The position numbers and the translations under genes were made by a program. Below are positions 1 to 10,926 of a stretch of 64,000 nucleotides of DNA, piece after piece. Numbering within the stretch: the first letter of the stretch is position 1; each line of letters begins with the position of its first letter. The stretch lies in NCBI RefSeq assembly GCF_006345805.1, contig NC_043006.1:18290001-18354000 (forward strand). The letters are read 5' to 3'. The notes beneath the pieces are model-generated. The model had not been told where the DNA came from, did not search any database, and saw only the letters and a list, made by a program, of their open reading frames with translations. The DNA comes from Octopus sinensis (taxonomy: Eukaryota).

Positions 1-759
1 TTTGATATGTAGATATCAAATTTGATATCTACATATCAATCTACAATCATCTGGTATTGTGTTTGGTGTCAGGGCATGTATAAGTCTTGAAAAAATTACA
101 AAAATCGATTCCAGGTGAGAATGCTATCGATAAAGCCGTTTTTGTCCTGCTTTTCTTCCGTCAACCTGTACGTAACTGCACCTTCCATTTTTTGTTGTTT
201 TTGTACTGCTTAAAGACATGTTTCTTTCCTGCCAAGCTTACTATTTAAACCATGTTTGTGTTCTCCCACTCAACAGCCTTGTAATTACTGGTACTTTAAA
301 CTCTTCGGTTGTGCATTTGTGTGAATAAAATCGTTTTTCTTTGGAATAGAAAAAAAGTCTATCTTTATTTCTTCTTTTGCTGGTGTCTCAAATTTAGGTT
401 AGATTAGTGTTTCTCAAAGGGGAGGCCTATGGGACAGTCGGACAAGTTGTTTTGAGAAAATTTGGTTTGAATGTTTGACAACTCAGCACCGTCCATTGGA
501 CGGGGGTGGGGCGTTTTGCTCATGTATATATATATATATATAAAGGGGTATCTAAAAGAAACCAGAATTTTGCAATATTATTTTATTCACTTAGTTTTAC
601 ATGTTTACACTTTTATCATCTTCAAAGTATTCTCCATTTGAAGCAATGAATCAATCCAGGTTCATTTCCCACAGTTTGAAGCAGTGCTTGAACTCTTGCA
701 AAGTAATGCCTTTTAATGCCTCCATCATTTTTTCTTTACCTCTTATCACCTTGATCACC

Positions 760-1080
760 TTAACTGACCAGTCCGTCGGGCGTCCATTTGACACCGCTGG
801 TCACAGCACGCTCTCCACTCCTCTCTGGATCATGCCTTTCTCATCCATGTGATCCCAATCGCCCTCCTAAAATCATAACTCCACCATCGTGGAGGCCTTC
901 CGAGTGGTCGTTTCCACTCGCGCAGGTACCACTCGACAACTGCGTGGGTCCACCGATTATCGGTGAGCCAAGCAATGTATCCAGCCCATCTAAACTTGCT
1001 GCGTGTATATTCCACGATGACATCCCTCACGCCAAACTTCTCTCTGATGACCTCGCTACTGATGTGCTCTCTCACATCTG
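760..1080 (-). mobile_element. RTE-clade LINE 3' fragment
   Basis: KFRWAGYIAWLTDNRWTHAVVEWYLREWKRPLGRPPRWW is typical of the RTE ORF C-terminus. Confidence 0.75.
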
Positions 1081-1305
1081 CAAATTCTACAGAACCAACT
1101 TTTATCACCAGTGATGACCTTAAAAAAAAAAAGGTCCAGATCAACTTCCAAAAGTTCTATCAATTTACGAAATGCATTCAGTCGTGACTGCTTTTGATCC
1201 TCTGCAAGGCACAAATTTTTGCTGCAACTCTTTCCATTCACAATTCTCCACTTAAAATTCATTGTCAGGAGCCCCAGGACTCACCAGTTATATCAACAAG
1301 CTCAA

Positions 1306-1530
1306 GGTGGCGAGCTGGCAGAAACGTTAGCACGCCGGGCAAAATGCGTGGCCGTATTTCGTCAGCCGTTACGTTCTGAGTTCAAATTCCGCCGAGGTCG
1401 ACTTTGCCTTTCATCCTTTCGGGGTCGATAAATTAAGTAGCAGTTACGTGCTGGGGTTGATATAATCGACTTAATCCGTTAGTCTGTCCTTGTTTGTCCC
1501 TTCTGTGTTTAGCCCCTTGTGGGTAGTAAA
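1306..1530 (+). mobile_element. tRNA-derived SINE, family C (head ggcgagctggcagaaacgttagc)
   Basis: Copies also at ~5239-5470(+), 33615-33845(+), 43746-43960(+), 44013-44241(-); shared gtcgactttgcctttcatcctttcggggtcgataaa central domain. Confidence 0.8.
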
Positions 1531-2016
1531 GAACTATATATCAAGCTCAGCAATTGTTCAGTGGTGGTCCTCCAAGATCAGTTCATGAATTTTCATGATG
1601 TTTTCCTTCGTTTGGGAGGTCAACGGTCATCCTGAATGAGGTCGGTCTTCAACAACACGTGGTTATTCCTAAAGCATAAAAACCACCCGTACACTTGTGT
1701 TTTGCTCATGGCAGCATCCTTGTAAGCCGTTCGAAGCATGACAACTGTTTCGGCCACCGTTTTTCCAAGTAGGAAACAGAATTTCACAGAAGCATGCTGT
1801 TCCTTCGATTCAGCCATCACAAAAATCGACGAACAGGAGAGAAGTACTGCAAAAACCAAAGACGCGTCACGTAGCAGTACGACTATAACCAACGCCACCG
1901 GTCGGCAGACTGATTCCTATGGGTCATATCAAGTGGCTTCCAGTGGCAGAAACCTCAACTTCAATGGGTTTGTCCCACAGAGAACGTTTCCGGTTACTTT
2001 TGGGTACCCCCTCGTG

Positions 2017-2608
2017 TGTGTGTACGCGTGTGTGTGAGTGTGTGTGTGTGTGTGTGTACGTGTGTGTATGTGTGTGTACGTGTGTGTGTGTACGTGTGTG
2101 TGTGTGTGTATGTGTGTACGTGTGTGGTGTGTATGTGTGTGTGTACGTGTGTGTATGTGTGTGCATGTGTGTGTGTACGTGTGTGTGTACGTGTGTGTGC
2201 GTGTGTGTGTATGTGTGTGCGTGTGTGTGTGTTTGTACGTGTGTGTGTATGTGTGTGCATGTGTGTGTGTACGTGTGTGTGTACGTGTGTGTATGTGTGC
2301 GTGTGTGTGTGTATGTGTGTGTGCGTGTGTGTGTATGTGTGTACGTGTGTGTGCATGTGTGTGTGTACGTGTGTGTGTGTACGTCTGTGTGTGCGTGTGT
2401 GTATGTGTGTGCGTGTGTGTGTGTGTATGTGTGTACGTGTGTCGTGTGTATGTGTGTGTACGTGTGTGTATGTGTGTGCATGTGTGTGTGTACGTGTGTG
2501 TGTACGTGTGTGTGCGTGTGTGTGTATGTGTGTGCGTGTGTGTTTGTGTGTGAGAGTGTGTGTACGTGTGTGCGTATGTGTGCATGTGTGTGTGTGTGTG
2601 TTCGTGTG

Positions 2609-2655
<47 letters not shown>
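2017..2655. repeat. Compound (TG)n microsatellite
   Basis: Interrupted TG repeats; source of the spurious CV/HT ORFs. Confidence 0.95.
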
Positions 2656-2656
<1 letters not shown>

Positions 2657-3016
2657 AAGGTATGTGGCTTAGTGGTTAGAGGTATTCAGCTCATGATAGT
2701 GAGGTCGTGAGTTCAATTCCCAGCGGCGCGTTGCGTCCTTAAGCAAGACACTTTACTTCACTTTGCCCGATTCCACTCAGCTGGCAAAAATGAGTAGGGC
2801 CTGTATTTAAAAAGATCAGCCTTGTCACACTCAGAGTCATACTGAATTTCGTTGAGAACTATGCTACGGGTACACATGTCTGTGTAGTACTCAGCCACAT
2901 GCATGTTAATTTCACGAGCAGGCTGTTCCATTGGCTGGATCAACTGGAACGCCGGTCGTCGTAACCAACTCTCCTGAAATTGCTGGCCTTGTGCCAAAAT
3001 TTGAAACCAATACTCT

Positions 3017-3241
3017 TTTACTCTTTTATTTATTTCAGTCATGCTGGAGCACCGCCTTTAATCGAGCAAATCGACCCCAGGACTTACTCTTTGTAAGCCT
3101 AGTTACTTATTCTGTCGGTCTTTTTTGCCGAACCGCTAGATGACAGGGACGTAAACACACCAGCATCGGTTGTCAAGCGATGTTGGGGGGACAAACACAG
3201 ACGCACAAACATACACACACACGCACACACACACACACACA

Positions 3242-3272
<31 letters not shown>

Positions 3273-3446
3273 TATATACATATATACGACGGGCTTCTTT
3301 CAGTTTCCGTCTACCAAATCCACTCACAAGGCTTTGGTCGGCCCAAGGCTATAGTAGAAGACACTTACCCAAGGTGCCATGCAGTAGGACTGAACCCGGA
3401 ACCATGTGGTTGGTAAGAAGTTACTTACCCCACAACCGCTCCTACG
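3017..3446 (-). mobile_element. tRNA-derived SINE, family A (head aggagtggctgtgtggtaagtagcttgc; octopus OK-like)
   Basis: Copies also at ~13576-13983(-), 19270-19569(-), 30467-30842(+), 39241-39670(-), 40950-41195(-), 42617-42781(-), 58585-58990(+); B-box-like ggttcagtcc and internal microsatellite. Family name assignment is from memory. Confidence 0.8.
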
Positions 3447-4075
3447 CCCTCATAGAAAATATTTGTGGTCCAGGGGAAGTAACTTAAATATTTTCACAAT
3501 TTCCTTTTACATAGCTAAGACTATTTTTAATTATTTACTTATTTAATCTATAGAAATAAATAAACTTAATGTTTAACCAAAAACAAACAATCCATTTCTT
3601 TGTGGTTTTTGGTTAAACATTAAGTTTATTTATTTCTATAGATTAAATAAGTAAATAATTAAAAATAGTCTTAGCTATGTAAAAGGAAATTGTGAAAATA
3701 TTTAAGTTACTTCCCCTGGGTAAGTAACTTCTTACCAACCACATGGTTCCGGGTTCAGTCCTACTGCATGGCGCCTTGGGTAAGTGTCTTGGATTTGGTA
3801 GACGGAAACTGAAAGAAGCCCGTCGTATATATGTATAACCACTAAGCCACACTGAGAAACGTGAACGTCGAAACATGAAACAATTATACATTTGTCACAT
3901 GAAAATTTCTAATTCTTTTGAAGTGAAATAAAATACACTTTTACGGCGAACTGGGAAAGTCGACAGCACACTACAAAATACTTCACGGCATTTCTTTCCT
4001 CTTAACGTTTTGAGTTCAAATGCCACCGAAATCGACTTTGCGTTCCAACCTTTGAGATCGATAAAATAAACGCCG

Positions 4076-4486
4076 GATCTTTTCGGTTTGAACGGCAGTT
4101 TTTAAAAATAATTTCCACGTAACTAAACACTTTTAAACTACATATACTGGGAGAATGTGTTTGTAAAACCAATTTTTCTCTTGGCTTTATTGAGAAAATT
4201 CTATAGTTTGTAAGATATTTGCTGTTGTTTTTTTCTTCAATTTATGCAATTTCAACCAATCACTGATGTCTATTGAGGTGAAAACCTTCTGTGCCGTATG
4301 AATATGTTCCTCGTTTAAGAAACAGATTAGGTTTATTTACATTTCTGAAGAAAAAAAGATACCCTTCCCACCACCCCTAACCCTAAAACAGATTGAAATG
4401 CAATAGATCGATACTAGGGTCATAATTATGGGTGACGATTTCATATGACACCGCTAGATAAAAATGCCGTTCAAACCGAAAAGATC
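4076..4486. mobile_element. MITE / non-autonomous DNA transposon
   Basis: Terminal inverted repeats GATCTTTTCGGTTTGAACGGCA / TGCCGTTCAAACCGAAAAGATC; diverged partial copy at ~5615-5793 (opposite strand). Confidence 0.7.
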
Positions 4487-4853
4487 TTAAACGCCTCTTC
4501 CCCCAAAATTTCAGGTTTTGTACCGATAATAGAAAAGGTCCTCTTTTAATGGCGGTGCCCCAGCATGGCCACAGCTCGTGAGCTGAAACTAGATGACATG
4601 AAAATGAAATTGTGTTAAATATTTTCCTCTGATTTTCTGTGCACAGTGGAGCTAATTAATTACAGCCATATATGTTTTGTTTTATTTTGAATGTTGAGTT
4701 ATATTTGATTAAAATTCGACGTCGCGGTCTTGTGGTCTACGAACTAGAAGAAATCAAATTAATATTCACTGAAAATTAGTTAATAAATAGTTGTCTCCCC
4801 AATTGAATCATTTTCCTTTCTTTTGATCTGGTATTTAGTTCTATTCATGTTGA

Positions 4854-5222
4854 GGCGCAATGACCCAGTGGTTAGGGCAGCGGACTCGCGGTCGGAGGAT
4901 CGCGGTTTCGATTCCCAGACCGGGCGTTGTGTGTGTTTATTGAGCGAAAACAACTAAAGCTCCACGACCTCCGGCACGGGGTGGTGGCGACCCCTGTTGT
5001 ACTCTTTCGCCTCAACTTTCTCTCACTCCACTCTTACTTCCTGTTTCTGTTGTACCTGTATTTCAAGGGGCCGGTCTTGTCAGTCTCTGTGTCACGCTGA
5101 ATATCCCCGAGAACTACGTTAAGGGTGCACGTGTCTGTGGAGTGCTCAGCCACTTACACGTTAATTTCACGAGCAGGATGTTCCGTTGATTCGGATCAAC
5201 CGTAACCGACGGAGTGCTTCCC
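4854..5222 (+). mobile_element. tRNA(Arg)-like SINE, family B (head ggcgcaatggcccagtggttagggcagcggactcgcgg; octopus OR-like)
   Basis: A and B boxes visible; copies at ~23787-24165(+), 31717-32010(+), 35643-35945(+), 36929-37190(+), 37216-37516(-), 43011-43388(-), 49486-49795(+). Confidence 0.8.
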
Positions 5223-6166
5223 AGTTCTATTCATACAAAGGCGGCGAGCTGACAGAAACGTTAGCGCGCCGGGCGAAATGCTAAGCAGTATTTCGTCAGC
5301 CTTTACGTTCTGTGTTCAAATTCCGCCGAGGTCGACTTTGCCTTTCATCCTTTCGGGGTCGATAAATTAAGTACCAGTTACGCACTGGGGATCGATCTAA
5401 TCGACTCAATCTCTTTGTCTGTCCTTGTTTGTCCCTTCTGTGTTTAGCCCCTTGTGGGCAATAAAGAAATAGTTCTATTCATACAACCATCTCTCTGCAT
5501 TATGGCAGCTTTGCATTTCTACAAATCTTGCCATTACACGAGTTTCTTTAGTGTTAAGTACTTCGGATTTTTTACCTTCGTATTTTTTACCTTTTCACTA
5601 GATGTCATTGATTGGTTGAAATTGCCGAAATACAAGAGATTAAACAACAAATAGCTTACAAACTACAGAATTTTTTCAAGAAAGCCAAGAGAAAAATATG
5701 TTTTATGTAACACATTACCAGTATACGAAGTTTAAAAGTGTTTAGTTACAAAGAAATTACTTTAAAAATCTGCCAGTCAAAGTGAAAAGATCTTTTACCT
5801 CATTGAGTTCCATGTAACATGGGAAAACAAATACATTTCCTGTTACAGTATTTTGTAATACGGCACAGCTTTCATGTACACAACGCTTCCATAATGAATA
5901 ACGTGTACATATATGCAAATAAAGCTGTCCATTACGGTGCTAGCAAAATTTATGACTGTTTTATTTAGCAGATTATATGTTTTTGATTAGAAAGAAAGGT
6001 TTGCACATCTGTAAGGAACAGTCAACAAACCATAAAGCAATCCGTCAGGAGATGCCATCCCCCTTTTCTCCACAAGTCAATTCTTTGTTATATTGAATTT
6101 TATTTGAGTTCTGATTTACACTGTGTTGTGCATAAAAAATATTGCTTCTTAAAACCTCTATCTTGC

Positions 6167-6705
6167 CCAGGATATCAATCGTCTGGAAGCTGTTCAGCGA
6201 CGTGCAACCAAAAGAATACCCTCCATCAGGCATTTGCCATATTCTAAACGCCTTACTTCCCTGGGCATGGACACATTGAAACTCCGACGTCTGGCAGCTG
6301 ACTTGGCAGACACCCATAAAATTATCAACCATCGTACAAACAATAACTCTGAGCACCTTTTCAAACTCCACCCATCTAACACCCGTGTACATATTTACAA
6401 AGTCAGAAAACAGCACAGCTCCCATGACTTCAGGAAACATTTTTTCACGCTGAGAGTTGCTGAAGCATGGAACAAACTGCCGGCATCAGTTGTTAGTTGT
6501 CGGAGCACTGCATCCTTCAAAACTTCCATGCTTTCTGAGATTCGCCAACACTACTACACCTGATTTTCTCCCCTCCTTACACACACAAGCATGTATCTGA
6601 CTCATACATTGTTCGCTTTCCAGACATTTTTACATTACTGCATGTACTTTATATGCACTTTCTGACAAGTTGTGGTGCACTGTATACAATAATTTCATTA
6701 TTATT
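6167..6705 (+). mobile_element. CR1/L2-group LINE 3' fragment
   Basis: LEAVQRRATK...PYSKRLTSLGMDTLKLRRLAADL...FFTLRVAEAWNKLP, followed by a 3' tail ending in (ATT)n. Confidence 0.85.
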
Positions 6706-7758
6706 ATTTTAAATTACCTCGTATTTATGGATTTACCAATCGGGAAAGTTTTAGTGGTAGAGGATCTCAAGGAACGTAACTCAACATATAAAACGTTAAT
6801 CATATGGCTATGTCCAGATTTTTTTTTTTTCGTCTTTCTTAAAATAATGCAAATGATTTGAATAAAAAATGTAAAATTCTTCCCTGTATTTTAGGTTATA
6901 GCAAACAACATACTGACGACAACAACATACCAGGCGAAACCGAGTATATTATTTAAAATAAGACACCAGATGAGATTCAATCTGCATTGGTGGATGCAAC
7001 ACTACCAGCTGTGCAAGTATCCCACCGACAAGGGACTGATGCAGAATGGGTCGAAACGATCGTTGTACTGAATAAAGATTCTTGCAAACTCCATTTTCCG
7101 TTTCCCTCATTCATTAAAAACTCAACGAACACTGCAAAATTCCTGAGGTAGATCCAGTGACATTTATATCAAAACTGTAGATGACATCAGGTAGCCTAAA
7201 CAGTGAAAGTGCTTTAATCGGCATACTACTAACCATGTAATTACGTATACATACATACATGGTGGCTGCCCCCTCGTTATCGAGTATGGCCATTGCACGA
7301 AGCTTAATCAATGTTGTTATCGTGCAATAAGATTTTTTTTTAAAGTGAGGAAAGGCTGTGCACTGAGTCAATCCCACTCACTAAGCAACAGCAGCCATAA
7401 TCCGAAAAGAAGAACAAGTCAACATCATCGGTAACCACTGAGCCGCGGGTTTTATGTCGGAATTATCCCAGTTACCTGAGTTACCTTCTCCTAGAAGGAT
7501 GCCCTAACAAAGTCTAGGAGTCCTTCACTCCCAATGGTTTAACCGCGCGATCGGGTATTCAGTCCGATTATTTCTACGTCCCCGCGCAAGATACAGCCTT
7601 AAGACATTTATTGGATGGCCATTGACTCTCAAGAGTTCCTCCGCCCTTTGATGGGTTTTGTTTTTCATCCCGCAGGGTGTCCAATAAACACCCTCCTCAC
7701 CAAGCAAGCATACATACATATATTAGAGGAAAATATATAATATATATTTTATATATAT

Positions 7759-7794
<36 letters not shown>

Positions 7795-7927
7795 ATTAAC
7801 AAAAGAATGAAAGAGACCTCGATATTATGTAAATAGAGGAATTTATTTGTAAATGTAGCCATGATAAAACTCCGAGTTTCAGAGTTTTATCATGGCTATC
7901 GAAAAATTGTCCCATATTACATTTACA

Positions 7928-7979
<52 letters not shown>

Positions 7980-8097
7980 CGGGGATGTACTTGCATAGCG
8001 AGTGACTTGATCTGAGATCGTGTGCTGGAACGAAAACAATTGCAGCGTGGAAGAAACACACAAAAACCGTTAGATTCACTTTGACATTTAAATTCAA

Positions 8098-8148
8098 TTT
8101 GTCAAAATATTTTCGTCGCTTTGAGACCGCGAGCTGTTCACTGACAAA
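8098..8148 (-). ncRNA. Hammerhead ribozyme motif, G3:C8 core variant
   Basis: TTTGTCA-GTGAACA-GCTCGC..GCGAC-GAAA-ATATT-T-TGACAAA; 7-bp stem I, palindromic stem III AATATT. Confidence 0.55.
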
Positions 8149-8206
8149 ATTCTGTGCTGCATCTATATATATATATATGTGTGTGTGTGTGGTGTGTGTG
8201 TGTGTG

Positions 8207-8238
<32 letters not shown>

Positions 8239-8327
8239 TATATATATACATATATACATATATATATATATATGTGTGTATATATATATATATATACTAT
8301 ATATATATATATATATATACATACATA

Positions 8328-8389
<62 letters not shown>

Positions 8390-8397
8390 CATATATA

Positions 8398-8466
<69 letters not shown>

Positions 8467-8469
<3 letters not shown>

Positions 8470-9590
8470 TCTCAACATGTTGTAGTTGAAGGGGTAAAAT
8501 CAAGCCCAGCCAAAGTCAGTAGTGGCGTTCCGCAAGGCACTGTGCTGGGCCCACTTCTTTTCATCATTTACATTGATGACATTAATGACATCATCAAGCA
8601 CAGCAACATAAAAATCTTTGCAGATGACTCCAAGCTACAGAAGGTCATAAATGAGGCGAGTGACCGGACATGCCTTCAGTCAGATCTACTGGCTGTTATC
8701 CAATGGGCAGAAAAAAACAATATGCTGCTGAACGAGGATAAATTTGAGCTAATCCACTTTGGAAAAGAGGATGCCCTGAAACTCCCATACTCCCTTCCTT
8801 CAGGTGAAACTCTCGCGGCGTCCAACAACATCAGAGACTTGGGAGTAATTGTGGACAACAACGTAAGCTGGGCCACTCATATAAACACCAAAGTTGACAT
8901 GGCCCGCAGAATGTGTTCCTGGATTCTCAGAACTTTCAGTCGAGAGATATCCACACCATTATCCTTCTCTTCTCCACTTTTGCCCGACCCCACCTTGAAT
9001 ACTGTTGTCCACTGTGGTCTCCCCACACAATACAAGGTATCATAAAAGTTGAAGCACCTCAAAGGGCAATCACAAAAAAGATAGATGGCATGACAGGCCT
9101 CGACTATTGGGGTCGACTAGAAAAGCTAAAACTCTATTCTCTCCAACGTCGTCGTGAGCGCTACATCATCTGCATGATGTGGAAAATATTCCATCAGCAT
9201 TGCCCAAATGATGTTGGCATCACCTTTAAGGTACATCCAAGGCTTGGGCCCCGTGCCATCCGCCCAAAACAAAAATCGCACTCTCATCTCATAACAACAA
9301 TACGGCACAATTATTTCACCTCAATTGGCCCCGCTCTCTTTAACATTACACCAAAACACATTAAAACAGAAACTGACCCTATAGGGTTCAAGAAGTCTTT
9401 GGACAGATTCCTTCAAGAAATCCCGGATAAACCCCCTACACCGGATATGTCTCTGTAAACAATAACTCTCTACTTGAGTGGGCCATAGTGCCCAAATTCT
9501 GACTTGAAAACTTCACCAGGTGGTGCTATTAAGTTAGACATGGCCTGGGCCAATAATGGCCGAAACCTATCAAAGTATCAAAGTATCAAA

Positions 9591-9592
<2 letters not shown>
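8467..9592 (+). mobile_element. CR1/L2-group LINE reverse transcriptase 3' half, frameshifted
   Basis: [19 protein letters not shown]...[10 protein letters not shown] motifs; frameshift near 8940; [13 protein letters not shown]...LYSLQRRRER; (TATCAAAG)3 tail. Confidence 0.9.
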
Positions 9593-9640
<48 letters not shown>

Positions 9641-9699
9641 ATATTTCAACACCGACTTCACATAAAAAATCTTGCACAACAAATATTTAAACGTACTAT

Positions 9700-9757
<58 letters not shown>

Positions 9758-9972
9758 ATATATATACATACAGAGAGAGAGAGGGGGAGAGGGAGATATA
9801 GAGAGGGAGATATAGATTTGGAATGCTGTCCGAGTAGATTACGGATAGTGGTCTAAGGGAGACAATCTTTTGCATTTGACATATAGGCAGGATGAGTATC
9901 TCAAATCATTTAGAATACTTAATTAGAGAAAGGTGAATTTGAAGTAATTAATTAATTAATTAATTATTGGAT

Positions 9973-10049
9973 ATCTTACAGCTGTTTCCAAGGATATCCC
10001 AAGTGAGAGGTTAGCATCTCCATACACTGGGTATTCCTTCATCAGAGGC
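9973..10049 (-). ncRNA. Degenerate hammerhead motif with long stem II
   Basis: CTGATGA - long hairpin (agga..ccca.gtg / cac.tggg..tcct) - GAAA-CAGCTGT-A-AGAT; palindromic stem III, imperfect stem I. Confidence 0.45.
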
Positions 10050-10132
10050 AAAGTGAGTATGTATGATAGTTCTAGACAGGGAATTCACAGTTTACAAAGG
10101 CTTTTTATCAGTAGATAGAAGAATAGAGACAG

Positions 10133-10720
10133 AGAGATAAAGGTGTCGATTATAACATACAATGGAAGATTTTGGCCAGATGTAAGCCCTATACTAACGG
10201 CAGCGGAAGGTGCGGTTTATGCGACATGGAGAGATGGCTTATCTGGAAAAGCAGCTTAGACCCTACCACATGTCTAAATACAAGGACAGAGCTTTTCGGA
10301 TCATGCCCACATGTGACTAAATTTCTGTTACGTTTTTGGTCCCCTAAAGAAAACGGATAGAACATGCTTTCTGTGTTATGTCCCAAGAAGAATTTATATA
10401 TTTTTATATATTTTTATATATTTTTATGTATTTTTATATAATTTTTATGACGAAAAATGCGAGCGATGTATAAGTACACAGGCAAAGCAGAGTTATAACA
10501 GAGTAATTTCCCTTCATTTTTAACGGTATTTTTTCATAACGTTTTCAAATAGCCAGATAACCGAAGAGATGGTGTTGTGGATTTCCACTTCGGCATCTGA
10601 AACTCAGAGTTTTATCTTGACTACCGAGTAATGTAACATATTGTATAGATAAATTTCCTCTATTTACATAATATTGAGGTCTCTTTCTTTCTTTTGTTAT
10701 CTTACCGTTTTATCAATATA
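10133..10720 (+). mobile_element. Penelope-like element 3' end: GIY-YIG endonuclease C-terminus plus pseudo-LTR
   Basis: DKGVDYNIQWKILARCKPY...RCGLCDMERWLI...LNTRTELFGSCPHVTKFLL matches the PLE endonuclease tail (CxLC...CRH); hammerhead motif downstream at 10556-10616. Confidence 0.8.
10556..10616 (+). ncRNA. Hammerhead motif in PLE pseudo-LTR (U4C)
   Basis: GATAA-CCGAAGA-GATG..CATC-T-GAAA-CTCAGAGT-T-TTATC. Confidence 0.55.
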
Positions 10721-10834
10721 TATATGACACTGCATCCTTTAAGGCCCTCATGCTTCCCGAAATCCGTCGAGACTACACCTGATTATATATACACTTTAGA
10801 TGAGTTGTAGTGCACCTGAGCACTGTACACAATG

Positions 10835-10885
<51 letters not shown>

Positions 10886-10888
10886 TAT

Positions 10889-10926
<38 letters not shown>

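Larger units (their letters stand above)
541..2016 (-). mobile_element. Degenerate mariner element interrupted by an RTE fragment and a SINE
   Basis: N-terminal EQHASVKFCFLLGKTVAETVVML (1620-1898), ITGDKSW catalytic motif (~1100), C-terminal IASNGEYFEDD (~620-660); related terminal inverted repeats at ~541-570 and ~1985-2016. Confidence 0.75.

Noticed and set aside
1919-2710. Long CV/HT-rich ORFs
   Set aside because: Translations of (TG)n/(CA)n microsatellite; the same applies to the YI-rich ORFs over (AT)n tracts.
3852-3887. Hammerhead-like CTGAGAA-ACGTGAACGT-CGAAACATG
   Set aside because: Core is one nt short, stem III is not closed and there is no stem I partner; at best a dead remnant.
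4854-4930. tRNA genes at SINE heads
   Set aside because: A/B boxes are present, but they continue into SINE bodies and lack complete cloverleafs.
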